Source of the DNA: Tritrichomonas foetus
Lineage: Eukaryota
Direction: 5' to 3'
Length of the DNA stretch: 64,000 bases
NCBI GenBank assembly: GCA_041260205.1
Contig: CM083805.1
Span: 496,001-560,000 of the forward strand
Under the pieces are notes generated by a model, which had not been told where the DNA came from, did not search any database, and worked only from the letters and a program-made list of their open reading frames with translations. The position numbers and the translations under genes are program-made. Positions 1-11,517 of the stretch are shown one piece after another; the stretch's first letter is position 1; each line of letters begins with the position of its first letter.

Positions 1-1
1 A

Positions 2-1852
2 TGGAAATGCTATGTCAAAAATATGAGAGATATTACATTCACTTTGAATGAACAAGATATTTTTGTAAATCGAATTGTTAGATTAATTATAGAAAGATAT
101 AATCACCGTCTCAATTTTGAATTGAGTGTTAAAATTTCTGATCAATATTTGACTTTAACAAATCTTAAAGATTTAGAAAAAACCATTATACATGAACATT
201 TGTCTAATGATAAAGAAATTGAAGAAGAAATTCGAAAAGAATATGAGGAACAACTTATGAAAATAAAAATTGAACAACAAAAAGTTCTTGATCAATTTCC
301 AGTTGTACATGACCAATATCATGGTAAATTTGAATCCGTGATTGAAAAACAAAAGAAAATAGCGCCAGATTTAGAAGAATTATTAAAACCAAATCACGAA
401 TTCGCCCAACAATCACTTCAAATAAGTAAAGAGTCTGAAAAGGAATTAGAAGAAATTAAGCGTGATGAAAAAATTCAACAAGAAATTTTTAAAAGGCAAG
501 AAGAACAATGGCACTTTGAAGAAGAAAACATGAAAGAAGAAGAAAAGAAAAGGAATAAAGAAATTCCAAATATAGATTTGTCATCAATGAAATTAGTTCA
601 TCAACCAAAATCACCAAAAACCGAAGCCACTGCTCCAAGACAACATTCCACAGGTAGTTCACATCATCATCATGATGCAAATAAACTTTCAATGCAAAAA
701 TCCAATTCTTCATTGAAATTAGAGAGTAGAAAAAGAATTCGAAGGAAAAAGATGATGGTTAAATCACAAACCATGCAATTTGATTTTCAACAATCTAATT
801 CTCAAGACAATTCAGATTCTGATGATCATACTTTTAATAATTTTGTTCCGAAAAAACATATTTCTTCTGTTTCTTTTCAACGCTCACAACTTTTATTAGC
901 AATTTTAAAAGACAAAAGTAAAAATGAACCAGAATTGAAAGCGAATCGATTTGAAACTGATGAAAAACTCATAAATTTTCAAAATGAGATCAATAATTTA
1001 CGAAAAGACATTTTAAAAGAAAGAATTGTTCGATGTTTATTTAGAATTGGCACTTCATTACATTTCAAAAAAGCTATTTCAAAAGTTGCTGATGAAAAGA
1101 AAGAAGCATCAATGATTCTTTGGAAAAATCATCGACTTTTTGAAGAACAATCACGTGAATTGAATCAGGAACTTGAAGAAGGTTGTCGAAATTTAACAAA
1201 AGCTGAAGTTGAAATTGAAAATTTAAGAAGTGAATTAGAAAACATAAAAGCAGTTACTACTAAATTGTCGCATTGGAAAGAAATGAATTTAAGATCATCT
1301 GATGAAATATTAAAGAAAATTGGTATTTATCAAAAAGGTCCCAATGTTGGTGTGAATCAACTTTTAAAGAAGATTGAAGAAAAACAAGCTGAGCTTGACA
1401 TTTTATTAAGAGAAAGTGAAGATTTTGAAAATGAGTTAATATTGGAAATCATGGAGCCGATGGAAGAAATGTCACGAATTAAAAAGATTTCTCAACAAAG
1501 GCAATTCGAAGCTATAAAAATGAGAAAAGATGAAGAAGATAATGCCAACCCAAACATAATTAAAAAAGTTACAAAAGACAACGAAAAAATGTTAAAACAA
1601 ATAATTGAAGAAAATAGAAAATATATCCAAGAGAATTTTGAATTAAAACAAAAGATTTCTGAGCTCGAAAAACAAATAGGAATGATTCCAAAAATAAAAT
1701 TGGATTCAACAAAAGAATTATTTGCCCTAAATTCAGCCTCATCAGCAAGAACTAGTTATGCAACTCAAAAAAGAAGAAATACTTCATTAACAGCTAGAAG
1801 TCCTTATGCCAATATTGGTTATGGAACTATTAAAAAACCAGTGGCACCATAA
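2..1852 (+). CDS. Coiled-coil hypothetical protein, probably 5'-truncated by the window edge
   Basis: ORF 23..1852 (609 aa); the frame stays open back to position 2; E/K/Q-rich heptad-like composition; stop TAA lies within TAAA. Confidence 0.75.
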   Translation, partial: WKCYVKNMRDITFTLNEQDIFVNRIVRLIIERYNHRLNFELSVKISDQYLTLTNLKDLEKTIIHEHLSNDKEIEEEIRKEYEEQLMKIKIEQQKVLDQFPVVHDQYHGKFESVIEKQKKIAPDLEELLKPNHEFAQQSLQISKESEKELEEIKRDEKIQQEIFKRQEEQWHFEEENMKEEEKKRNKEIPNIDLSSMKLVHQPKSPKTEATAPRQHSTGSSHHHHDANKLSMQKSNSSLKLESRKRIRRKKMMVKSQTMQFDFQQSNSQDNSDSDDHTFNNFVPKKHISSVSFQRSQLLLAILKDKSKNEPELKANRFETDEKLINFQNEINNLRKDILKERIVRCLFRIGTSLHFKKAISKVADEKKEASMILWKNHRLFEEQSRELNQELEEGCRNLTKAEVEIENLRSELENIKAVTTKLSHWKEMNLRSSDEILKKIGIYQKGPNVGVNQLLKKIEEKQAELDILLRESEDFENELILEIMEPMEEMSRIKKISQQRQFEAIKMRKDEEDNANPNIIKKVTKDNEKMLKQIIEENRKYIQENFELKQKISELEKQIGMIPKIKLDSTKELFALNSASSARTSYATQKRRNTSLTARSPYANIGYGTIKKPVAP

Positions 1853-2129
1853 ATATATATTAATTATATAATATTATACTGTTTTTATATTTGTTATTAA
1901 AACATGTAAATCTTAAATTCGCTTTTTTTTACCTCACAAAAGAAACAGTTTCATTTTCGGATCAGTTTGAGATGATTTTATAAAAAATCCATAATATCAA
2001 GACCAAACATTCTTGTGTTATATTATGATTTTCCCCAACTCAAATACAATTCGAAACTTTCTTATAGAAAGTTAGTTAAAGCACCATAAATATATGTATT
2101 ATTCATCTTAAAATTAATTCTAATCATTA

Positions 2130-2990
2130 ATAAATGTATATTTTGAATGTAATCTATCATAAATGAAGGCAGCATTTATTCCATTCATCAGGAATGCAAG
2201 GGGAAGGACTATCATTGAAATTGTTATAAATGTCTTCAAAGGTATAATTTCACCTTCTTCTTAATTCTTTTTACCATTAAGCAAAATATGGAAACAATAA
2301 GCATCAATCGCAACAGGAAGACAAGTCTAAATTAAAAATGCAAACACTAACATGAAAGAGGTGGTTTCCATTTTTTCCATATATTCCTTGAACTAAATAA
2401 CTCAACATCAAAACGATTGATTCCGCAGCAATTATCACCAACACCTTCGCATGGTCTAAAAATAAAAACAACTACAGCTCAATCATCTCAATTCCAAAAT
2501 AAATCCATGGAAAGCAAGCAGAAATATAGATATATGCTATTTTATGAAAATCAAATATCTAATTCGGTATTTATTAATCACTGATCCACCCAAAATTACT
2601 TGAACTAATGATAAAACAATCGGGGAAATTCAGTTAAAATGAAACAATTTGCATTGCAGTCCAATATGTGATTCAATCACTAAAACAAAAGATTCACAAT
2701 AAGGAATAAGTAAAAGGGAATTCACTGTAAAATATGTAAATGATTATAAATTTAGCAATTACTGAACACCGATAATTCCTACTAAAAGAGAAACAACAAT
2801 AAGCACATGATCATTTTAAAACCAGTAATTACTGAAGTAAAAACAAGTGAAGAATAAATCGTTGTCGAGAGTATTCGAAGATTTTCGCAAACAAACAAAT
2901 CAATATTTCTCACCCCCTCCACTCCCCGAATCGTATTGTATTAGACCTGGAATATATATCGACAATTATAAATAATGATCCCATGTAATA
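2130..2990 (-). pseudogene. Decayed tandem paralog of the neighbouring multi-pass membrane protein gene (3080..4432); boundaries approximate
   Basis: Colinear nucleotide similarity: gaaacaataagcatcaatcgcaacaggaagacaag (~2291) vs gaaacaataagcagcaataacaacaggaagacaag (~3248); aagattcacaataaggaataagtaaaagggaattcac (~2689) vs aagattcacaccctggaacgagtaaaagtgaattgac (~3690). Many small deletions and no long ORF. Confidence 0.8.
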
Positions 2991-3079
2991 TCGATTACAA
3001 AAAAATATATATAATTCGAATCATAATTAGGGTTTACTTTTATAAATAGGAAGTTACCATCCTTGCAACAATCACGAGG

Positions 3080-4432
3080 CTACATTTTGGCATACAATCT
3101 TTGATAAATGAAAGGAGCATTGGCACCATATAATAAATATGCTATCGGAATTGTAATAAACGAAAAAAACTTATATAAATGTGTTCCCTTCTTTAAATCC
3201 TCGCTTGGTATATCTTCATCCTTCTCACCACCAATATCAAAAATAAAGAAACAATAAGCAGCAATAACAACAGGAAGACAAGCCAACACCAATAATGTCA
3301 CGCATACAGCAAAAGAAAAGAGTTTTCCATTTTTATCGTATATTCCAGTCACTAAATTGGAAATAATCATTACAATTGCTTCTCCAGCCATTAACACATT
3401 ATCACCAACTCCTGAAAAAGGTCTTAAAATCAAAACAGCAATCAGCCAGGCGCATTCAATTCCTAAACACACCCATGGATAGTCATAAGCAGCAACAATG
3501 GCATAAATAACTTTATGCATCGTATCAGCAACTTCGAAATAATTTAAAGTGCGACTTCGATATTTATCTGCTATTCTTTTTGATTTAATTTGAACATATG
3601 ACACAATAATAGGGAAAAGTATACCAAACACAGAAAAAAATGCTATAATTGGCCATCTTGGACCAATTGGTGATTCAATAACAGTAATGAAAGATTCACA
3701 CCCTGGAACGAGTAAAAGTGAATTGACACAAGTAATTAAAATAATCAAATATGTAATTACTTTGAATTCACCAACACAAATAGCAACAAAGTTTAAAATA
3801 AAAGATAAACCACCAATTGCCGCAAAAAAAAAGGTAACAAATTGGCCTATTGTTGGTTTTAATGTGATAATTGGAAACAATACTGCATAAAAAACGACAG
3901 GAGAGTAACAAGTTGCACCGAAAATCTGAATCCTGGTGATTTTTGAAGGACCTTCTTCAAAAGTATTTCTATTAACAAAACAATACAGTGGAAAAACAAA
4001 TACAAAAAACAAGATTCCACCAATGATTCCATAAATTAAAGAATTTTTTTTGTTGATTCCAATATATCCAAGCCCGACACCAAATAACGCACATACGATC
4101 TGGATTGGAAATAGGAAAAAAATTAATATGACTCCGATGGTGAGAGTGCAAATGAAGGCCAGTTCGAATAAAACAAATCCGAATGAATAAACGCTGAATA
4201 ATTCGAAATCTGACAGCCGTTCTTGTGGTAAATACTTGTTAACAACCATTTTGATGAGATTTGTAGCCCAAGTGAACAATTCTATTGTGTCTCCGGAAAA
4301 TTTCATTTTGAATGATCGAGTGGCACTGACACGCTGGAAAATACGGATCAAGTTCAAAACTTCACCAAAAAGAGAGCCTGCTGACAAACCAAAACTAAAA
4401 ATTTCTTTTAAAACTGTGAGAAAGCTACTCAT
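3080..4432 (-). CDS. Multi-pass membrane protein of unknown function (roughly 10-12 hydrophobic segments)
   Basis: 450-aa ORF dominated by alternating hydrophobic stretches; has an adjacent decayed paralog. Confidence 0.8.
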   Translation of the reverse strand: MSSFLTVLKEIFSFGLSAGSLFGEVLNLIRIFQRVSATRSFKMKFSGDTIELFTWATNLIKMVVNKYLPQERLSDFELFSVYSFGFVLFELAFICTLTIGVILIFFLFPIQIVCALFGVGLGYIGINKKNSLIYGIIGGILFFVFVFPLYCFVNRNTFEEGPSKITRIQIFGATCYSPVVFYAVLFPIITLKPTIGQFVTFFFAAIGGLSFILNFVAICVGEFKVITYLIILITCVNSLLLVPGCESFITVIESPIGPRWPIIAFFSVFGILFPIIVSYVQIKSKRIADKYRSRTLNYFEVADTMHKVIYAIVAAYDYPWVCLGIECAWLIAVLILRPFSGVGDNVLMAGEAIVMIISNLVTGIYDKNGKLFSFAVCVTLLVLACLPVVIAAYCFFIFDIGGEKDEDIPSEDLKKGTHLYKFFSFITIPIAYLLYGANAPFIYQRLYAKM

Positions 4433-4763
4433 TGTGATTTAAATAGATGATCAATTGGTTATTCTAAAATTGAATCAATTCAATTTTTTGAAGTGGTTCA
4501 ATATATTCACAAAATTCAATGCATTCAAATTATAATATACAAATGAAGTTTTTATTCTATATATATATATACTCCCAATAATGAAAATTCTATTTTACTC
4601 AGTTATAAATACTAATAAGAATGTATATAATCTTATGAGATCGAAAGGCAATGATAATAAGTGACTTTTCGAGTTTTTTCCTTTAGATAGAGATTCTGAA
4701 GAAATTGAGATGCTCTCAAATATTGAATTTATATTCAAGTGAATTCAAAATTATTTGATGCAT

Positions 4764-4805
4764 CAGATGTATACAAACAGATGTATACAAACAGATGTAT
4801 ATAAA
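4764..4805. repeat. 14-bp tandem repeat x3 (cagatgtatacaaa)
   Basis: Two perfect units and one with a single mismatch; the perfect units contain the palindrome tgtataca. Confidence 0.85.
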
Positions 4806-5048
4806 CTAACTAGCTCTAGATGTAGAAGACTATTGAGAGATAAAGCTATATTTCATTTTACTTTATAATAATTATGTAAAATATTGAATTAACTGATGCA
4901 TCAATGTTTTGTGAGAGAATAAAATCCCCAAAAGATAAAATTCAAAATTTTTATTCGATATTTTCATCTTTCTCATGGTATGAAGAACAATAATTTATAA
5001 ATTAATAATTTTGGTGTTAGTTTAATAATCAATGAATTCATTTTTAAA

Positions 5049-5729
5049 TTAAACAATATGAGGGTCTGCGATAGGCATTTCATCAGAATCTTCATCAGAT
5101 ACCTGATTAGGTGACGCGTATCCCCCTATCTCACCATAGTTCGGGGATGGAGGATCGCCGTAATGTTCATCTCTCTTGTCTGACTCATTTTTAGTGTGGC
5201 AACACCTTTGGCAACAGTAACAATCAATGCAAAAGATAATCAGCACGAGTAAACCCATTATAGTTTCGAACATCACGAAAAGGTACCAGGAAAACGAGCT
5301 TTTCATGCTCGAATACAGAATTGGCTCTTCCAATAAATTAATATCTTTGTAAAATTGTTCGTCAAACTCTTCAACACTATATCCTTCGAATGATTGATAA
5401 TCGAAATCTGAGATATTTTGTCCCCAATTAATCGCGACTGTGCTTCTTTCGACTCCATTGTTGTAAAATTGAAATATCATCTCGTTTGTCGGATTTGCTG
5501 CACCAAAAACTCCGTCCGTGTTTGTGAATGGTCCGTAATTGACTGACCTTCCATTCTTGTTTAAGATTTCGATATTGACTTCGAGTTTATCCGGCCAGCC
5601 TCCAATTATTGCAATACCCGGTGGGGCTGAAAATTCAATTTTGTCGAGCGGGTCAAAAAAAAGGATTAATGGGAATGAATTGTTATTGATATTTGGAATC
5701 TTAATCGAAAGAAGTGTCAAGAGCAGCAT
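5049..5729 (-). CDS. Type I single-pass membrane protein with Cys-rich juxtamembrane tail
   Basis: Likely ATG at 5729 (MLLLTLLS, signal-like); TM WYLFVMFETIMGLLVLIIF followed by CIDCYCCQRCC and an acidic tail with Tyr/Pro motifs. Confidence 0.75.
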   Translation of the reverse strand: MLLLTLLSIKIPNINNNSFPLILFFDPLDKIEFSAPPGIAIIGGWPDKLEVNIEILNKNGRSVNYGPFTNTDGVFGAANPTNEMIFQFYNNGVERSTVAINWGQNISDFDYQSFEGYSVEEFDEQFYKDINLLEEPILYSSMKSSFSWYLFVMFETIMGLLVLIIFCIDCYCCQRCCHTKNESDKRDEHYGDPPSPNYGEIGGYASPNQVSDEDSDEMPIADPHIV

Positions 5730-5763
5730 ATATTTATATTTGTTTATCAATAAATATTTTTAA

Positions 5764-5860
5764 TTGAATTTTTATTGAATTACTATTGAATTTTTCAATA
5801 AAGTGAATTTTTGAATAATATTGAATCTATTGAAATATTCAAAACTTTCAATTCATTCAA
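5764..5860. promoter_or_regulatory. Bidirectional promoter region with dense TTGAA/TTCAA motif cluster
   Basis: Ten TTGAA/TTCAA pentamers in ~100 bp between divergent starts at 5729(-) and 5926(+). Confidence 0.4.
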
Positions 5861-7871
5861 AATATTGAGAAATATTCGAAAATCAATACATATTATTTTA
5901 TTCAGAAATCTCGAGCCATTGTACAATGATTTTCGTGTCTTTTCTTATTTTAGAGAGAGTCTTTCATCAGTGCTCCTCTAGTGACATTCCAACAAGAATC
6001 AAAGCCAACGACCCTGAAATTGACTATATTATTAAGTGTCCCACTGAAGAACATATTTTACTCGAAAATGATCCAAATGTGAAAACAATTGAAGTGAATA
6101 GCCATACTAACAGTCTACATTTCAAATGCTCATCCGAGATAATATCATCGAAAATAATAATCAAAGGGTCCACTCACATCTACTTTGAAAACGATTGTGC
6201 TTTAAACAATCTTGTAATTCATGGAACACCAATACTCGAAAAATATCAAGATGCTAATGTCATTGTCAACTCGGTCACATTATTTGATAGTTCCTATCAT
6301 TTTCCATTTCAAGCGAATCACTCCAATTACCAGGAGAAAAATAAATCACAAAAAGCTATCCAAACAATAAGAATTTGTTTGACAGATATATGGGATAGTT
6401 GTGATGAAAACAATTTTGATTATATTAATTATAAATTCAGTACATCCAGAGATAAGGGTGCCCATATGAAAATATACACAAACTTTCATGAGGCAAATGA
6501 GACTCTAATTTTCTTTCCAAAGAAAAATTTTTATCTTTCTTCATTATATGTTGAATCAATGACTGATGATGCCTTCAAATTACACATCTCTAATATGCCA
6601 CCCGTTAATAGAAGCGCTACTTTTTCCAATATTAGTGTGTATTTTAATGATTGTGAGACAGTTGGTAATTTAACATTAATTAATTCCACTATTGATGGAT
6701 ATCAAGATTATATAATCAATTGTCATAATTTAAGCTCCTTTAATTCAACGTTTAACAAAAAAGTCCTAGTTTATAATAAAAATAAACAAACTAGTTATAT
6801 TGTTGGCCAAGATATGGATGAACAAATTACAATAGCAACATATCGTAACAGTTTTTATAATATAAGTTCATGCACTTTGTTTGATAGTTTAATGGGTAGT
6901 TGCTATCTTGGTGATGATGTAAATATATCTGGTAATGACACATATTTTTTCGGAAATGTTACATCAAAAGAATTACGGTCTATTAACGTTAAATATAATG
7001 GTCAGTCAATAATATCTTATGATAATGTAACAATAATAGAAGGGGAAATGGATGATGTTTCTTTCCTCTCTTTGTCTCCAACTGTAGATTTAGGAGATAA
7101 TTTCAAATTCGTGATAAAGGATCAAGAAAAATGTGAGATTAGGGGAAGTAACCATCATATTAATGTTCATTTTGAGACCGACTACAATCTCAATTTGTTA
7201 ACACTGAATAATATCACAATCACTCCTGATGTTGACGAATTGTCAGTTGCAAATATTAGATTAACGAATGCTAACATCTCTGGAAACATAATATTTACCA
7301 TTCCAAAGAATTATCGAATATTCACTATTAAAGATGTTCATGATTATGGAATTTTGAGAAACTATAGTCTGAATATAAGCTATGATCAAGAATATTTAAA
7401 AGAAATTGAAATCAATAATTGTATTTTGAATATTCAATCAAATTGTAGTTGTAATAAAATTACTCTCATTGGAGAAGCTCGCGTGTATGGAGAGAGTACG
7501 CATGCAAAAGTCTTTGAAATATCTTTTTCAATGCTAGATGAACTTGAAAAATATGTCTTAGCAGACAGTTATGTCATTAGACTCAAAAATGATATAGAAA
7601 TTACCGGATCAAGTTCTTCTTTTAGGTACATTACCGAAGGTAAAGAATTTAATGTTCCACATGATACTGATCATATTAATTTTACAATCAACCCTAATAA
7701 TAATCCTATTCATTTTAAGAACATTTCTACTTTTGATGATAATATTACTAAGATATATCAAAATTTACCAAAATTTGATTCTGAAAATTCTAATATTACT
7801 CTAATTTTTAATGGCTTTATGCAATATTTCGAATGTCAACAAATTCAAAACCTATCCATTCAGGCACTATA

Positions 7872-7913
7872 CAGTCATTAATAAAAGTATGTCCCACTAA
7901 TAAAAGTGTGTCC
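7872..7913 (+). repeat. Left TIR (cagtcattaataaaagtatgtcccactaataaaagtgtgtcc)
   Basis: Exact reverse complement of 9893-9934; contains two 19-bp sub-repeats. Confidence 0.97.
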
Positions 7914-7965
7914 TGGCTTTTTTCGTACGTTTAGATTTTTTCATTTTTATTTCCAGATTTTCTCA

Positions 7966-9447
7966 ATGAAGAAAGCAGCCACTCAGATTCTGTTTGAAGA
8001 ATTGATTAACCGTGCACAAACATTATTTGGACAGCGCCTTTATATTTCATTAAAACGAAGTTCAGAGCTTTCAAGCTGTCAATATCGATATTCACAAATT
8101 GCCAAAGTTTATGAGATCTTTTCAGAATTTGACGATATAATTACAACCAAAAAAAATGTGCAGTTACTCTTCGGGATATCCAGGAGAATTTTGACACGAA
8201 GTCTCGAGCAAGCAAGAAAAAGCCACAAAAATGATGGAAGACCAAAATCACTAACTGACATTCAAGAAAAACAAGTCCTCGAATTTATCAAATCTAATGC
8301 AATTGCATCAACGCCATTGTCTCAATGTGAAGTGCTTGATTTTATTCTTGAAAACTTTCAAGTTGCTTTGTCATATGGTTGGATGACAAATTTCTTAAAA
8401 AGGTATCAAAGTGAAGTGATTCCAGCAACTGCAATACCACAAGATGGTGCACGTTTATCAATAAGTCCGGATAATATTCATGAATATATTAATATACTGA
8501 AAGCAGAAGTTGCTGGAATTTATATGGACCTAATATATAATTTTGACGAAATGGGTTCTTCAGAACGACACGAATCAAAATCAAAAGATGTGCTTGTCCC
8601 TGCTGATATGAAAGGACAATCAATCCATTATTCAATCAAACGGAACCAAAAAAATCAAACATTAGTTACGTGCATCAATGCAGGTGGTGACACTGTTATG
8701 CCCATGATCATCGATCATCGAACTAGAATTCAATCAGATGTGATATCATCTGGATTAAGAAAAGATGAGGATGTAATGCTTCGAAGCTCATCAACTGGCT
8801 TTGTTAATGAAGATCTTATTATAGAATGGTTGAAATTAAGTGTATTAAAACATGTTCAAGAGTCAAGAACAAGCATTGGAAATCTTGATAGTCCTGCTGT
8901 TATGTTTTCAGATAATTGTTCATCACATACAACAGATTCTATCAAAAAATTACTTGGTGAAAATTTGATTAAACTAATTACTTTCCCAAGTAACTCAACA
9001 GGTTTGTTTCAAATGTTGGATTTAGTTACTTTTGGGATTGTGAAGAGACGAAAAAAAACAATCAGAACTGAATTTATAAAAAATTCACAAGCTGACCAAA
9101 TAAACAAGTTAATACAAGCTTTCGAACAGGCTACCACCGGAAATACCAATAGAAAGGCTTTTTCAAAGGCTGGAATAAAGCCTAATACTAGCAATTAACC
9201 ATATACTGCAATAATTGATGAAAATGAATTTACCAAATCGTGTACTATTCAAGAAATATTGACTAAATCAGAAAATTCAAAAAATTCAACCAACCTTACT
9301 CGAACAACCCAATTTGGATTCATCAACAAACAGTATTTTGAAGAAGAACTGAAAAAGAGGCTAGAAATCAGAAAAAAAAAGAAGCCACTGAAGTCAAAAT
9401 GGATAAAATATCATCCCAAACCAAAAATCCCAAAAATAAGTAAATAA
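7966..9447 (+). pseudogene. pogo-like DD35D transposase with in-frame premature stop at 9196-9198 (493 aa if repaired)
   Basis: First ATG at 7966; GRPK motif plus HTH-like N-terminus; catalytic motifs YNFDEMG, FSDNCSSH and FQMLD with 35 residues between the last two Asp; ORF 9259..9447 continues in the same frame after the TAA. Confidence 0.9.
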
Positions 9448-9892
9448 AAAGTAATTCATTTATTAATTCTATCTTTGTTCTTTTTGATGTGAAATAGTTG
9501 CTATGTACAAGTGTTTGAGATATATTAGTTTATGTTTCTTTCATTTGTTCTTGTCATATAAATGAAACAAAAATAATGAAGTGAAATGAATGACACAAAT
9601 AATCAGGAACATCTGATTGGATTCTATATATTGAGCAAATTAAATAAGAATTATTGAGTAATTATACAATTATGATGTTTGACAGTAGCAATTTGAAAAT
9701 CCAAGGAATTTTATAAAATATTGCAGATTTTAGATATCTGAATAAGAATTTTTATTTTCGATTTATTAGCATTTCAACTTATAGTAGAGATGGTAATAAT
9801 CATGTATGCACAAATTCGATCATAAAAAAGTCTCTATATATTGGAGAAATAAGGAAATTAAAAAGTAAAAAAAGTCTATTTATTTAGAGGTG

Positions 9893-9934
9893 GGACACAC
9901 TTTTATTAGTGGGACATACTTTTATTAATGACTG
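9893..9934 (-). repeat. Right TIR of the transposon
   Basis: ggacacacttttattagtgggacatacttttattaatgactg followed by TA. Confidence 0.97.
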
Positions 9935-10992
9935 TATATTGATAATGGAATAATTCCTGTTCCTATTACATTCGATAATAGACGCTTTAAAAAAATGGCA
10001 ATTCTTAATTCAAGTACTCCTATCAATATCCAAGATTTAAAAATTATTGATTCTAGTTTGGAAATAATCGGTGTAATTAGAATTGAAAATGTTGTTGTTG
10101 TTGGTGGTGCTTACATTTCCCCTTCACAAAGTTTACAAATTAATAAATTTACGTTAGATTATTTTAATATCTATGGAAGTGAACCATATGAAATTAATTT
10201 AAGAGAAGAAATTCTTATTAATAACTTGGTTTTTCTTCCAAGGTTAATTTCTCATAAATATACGCTGATAGGCACATATTATCGTATATCCAATATTACA
10301 ATCGATTCTACTTTTATTGGAAAAGATGGTTATAGCAGATATGATAGTTATTTACTACCAGAGATCGAAGGAAAGAAGAGCTTAATAAATATAAATAACA
10401 TTACGTTCAAACATGATTTAAAAATACATGATGATATTTTGAATTTTTTATGCAAAGGATGCCTATTTGGTATGAAAAACAGAAATGATCTTTTAACCAA
10501 CATATTCCTTAATTTAGAACCAAGCTATATCAAAGACAGAAAGATTAAAATGGCTTGTAGAGGAGGGGGGTCATATTTATATCTTCAAAATAATGAAACA
10601 GTACAGGAAGTTATAATCATTTCAAAATCTATGTTTACCAATATGATTATTGTTGGTTCTGTGATTGCTGGACTCATGATAATAAGCTTCTTTGTAATTG
10701 CAATAGTCAGGTTGAGTTGTTGTAAAAAATAAACACTTTTTTAAATCCAGGAGTTGCTATTTTTAGTATTTTTCTTTTATGATTCATGAAGTTAATTTTT
10801 ACTAAAAGATTATCAAAAACCTTGATAATATCACGTTTTATTTATTTTCATTCATAGAAGAAACCAATAAAAATTCAAATCGTGGACTGTTTTTATTATT
10901 ATTTTTGATAATTCTGAATTCATTCATCAAACTAGCAAGTGAAATAAGAAAAGAAAATAAATTTTGTGATCATAAAAAACAATTTTATTATT

Positions 10993-11517
10993 TTATAAAT
11001 TTTCAAACAAAGCTTTAAGTCTGTCTTTATTTTCTGTTAATATTTTAAATTCATCATTATTCATATTTTGTACAGTGTCTATCACTTGTTCAAAAAGTTC
11101 TGGATTTTCATCCAAAAAACTTTTGATTTTAATCATTTCTTTCAATTTTTCTTTTGGAATTTGTTTTCTTGGTTGTGGTGAATTCATAAAACGTGCATCA
11201 TCACTAATAATAATCGCTTCCAAAAATAAAAATCTTTTTGCAGATTCATATTCAAAAAACATTGGTGAATTCCGCGAAAATCTGCATTTTAATAAAAATC
11301 TAAAAGTTTTAAAGAGAGAAAGTTTGTCTTCTTTTTTTACATTAAAATTAATATTTTTTTTTGAATTCTCATCTAAAATGGGAAAAACTTTCACATCTAA
11401 TAAACCGTTGATTTTTTTGAGTTCATTTTCTGCCATTTCTATTGTAGTATTTTCTCTATCAAACTCTCTCTCAAAATAGAGACCATTGAATGTTCGAAAT
11501 AAATACAGGGAAGTCAT
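10993..11517 (-). CDS. Hypothetical protein (possible divergent ubiquitin-like N-terminus and helical C-terminus)
   Basis: ORF 10993..11538 with first ATG at 11517; stop lies in TAAA context; the domain guess is weak. Confidence 0.55.
   Translation of the reverse strand: MTSLYLFRTFNGLYFEREFDRENTTIEMAENELKKINGLLDVKVFPILDENSKKNINFNVKKEDKLSLFKTFRFLLKCRFSRNSPMFFEYESAKRFLFLEAIIISDDARFMNSPQPRKQIPKEKLKEMIKIKSFLDENPELFEQVIDTVQNMNNDEFKILTENKDRLKALFENL

Larger units (their letters stand above)
7872..9934 (+). mobile_element. pogo-like (Tc1/mariner superfamily) DNA transposon, 2063 bp, TA target-site duplication
   Basis: Perfect 42-bp TIRs at 7872-7913 and 9893-9934; TA at 7870-7871 and 9935-9936; internal DDE_1-type transposase. 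Confidence 0.97.
5926..10732 (+). pseudogene. Transposon-interrupted large surface (adhesin-like) membrane protein; reconstructed 913 aa from 5926..7871 + 9937..10732
   Basis: Removing 7872-9934 plus one TA gives CAG GCA CTA TAT ATT GAT AAT GGA..., in frame with ORF 9995..10732. N-terminal signal-like MIFVSFLIL, Asn/Ile-rich beta-type body, C-terminal TM (MIIVGSVIAGLMIISFFVIAIV) and CCKK. Confidence 0.9.

Noticed and set aside
9196..9198. Alternative genetic code (TAA read as sense)
   Set aside because: Most other genes in the window terminate at TAA and have no internal TAA/TAG, so the standard code applies.
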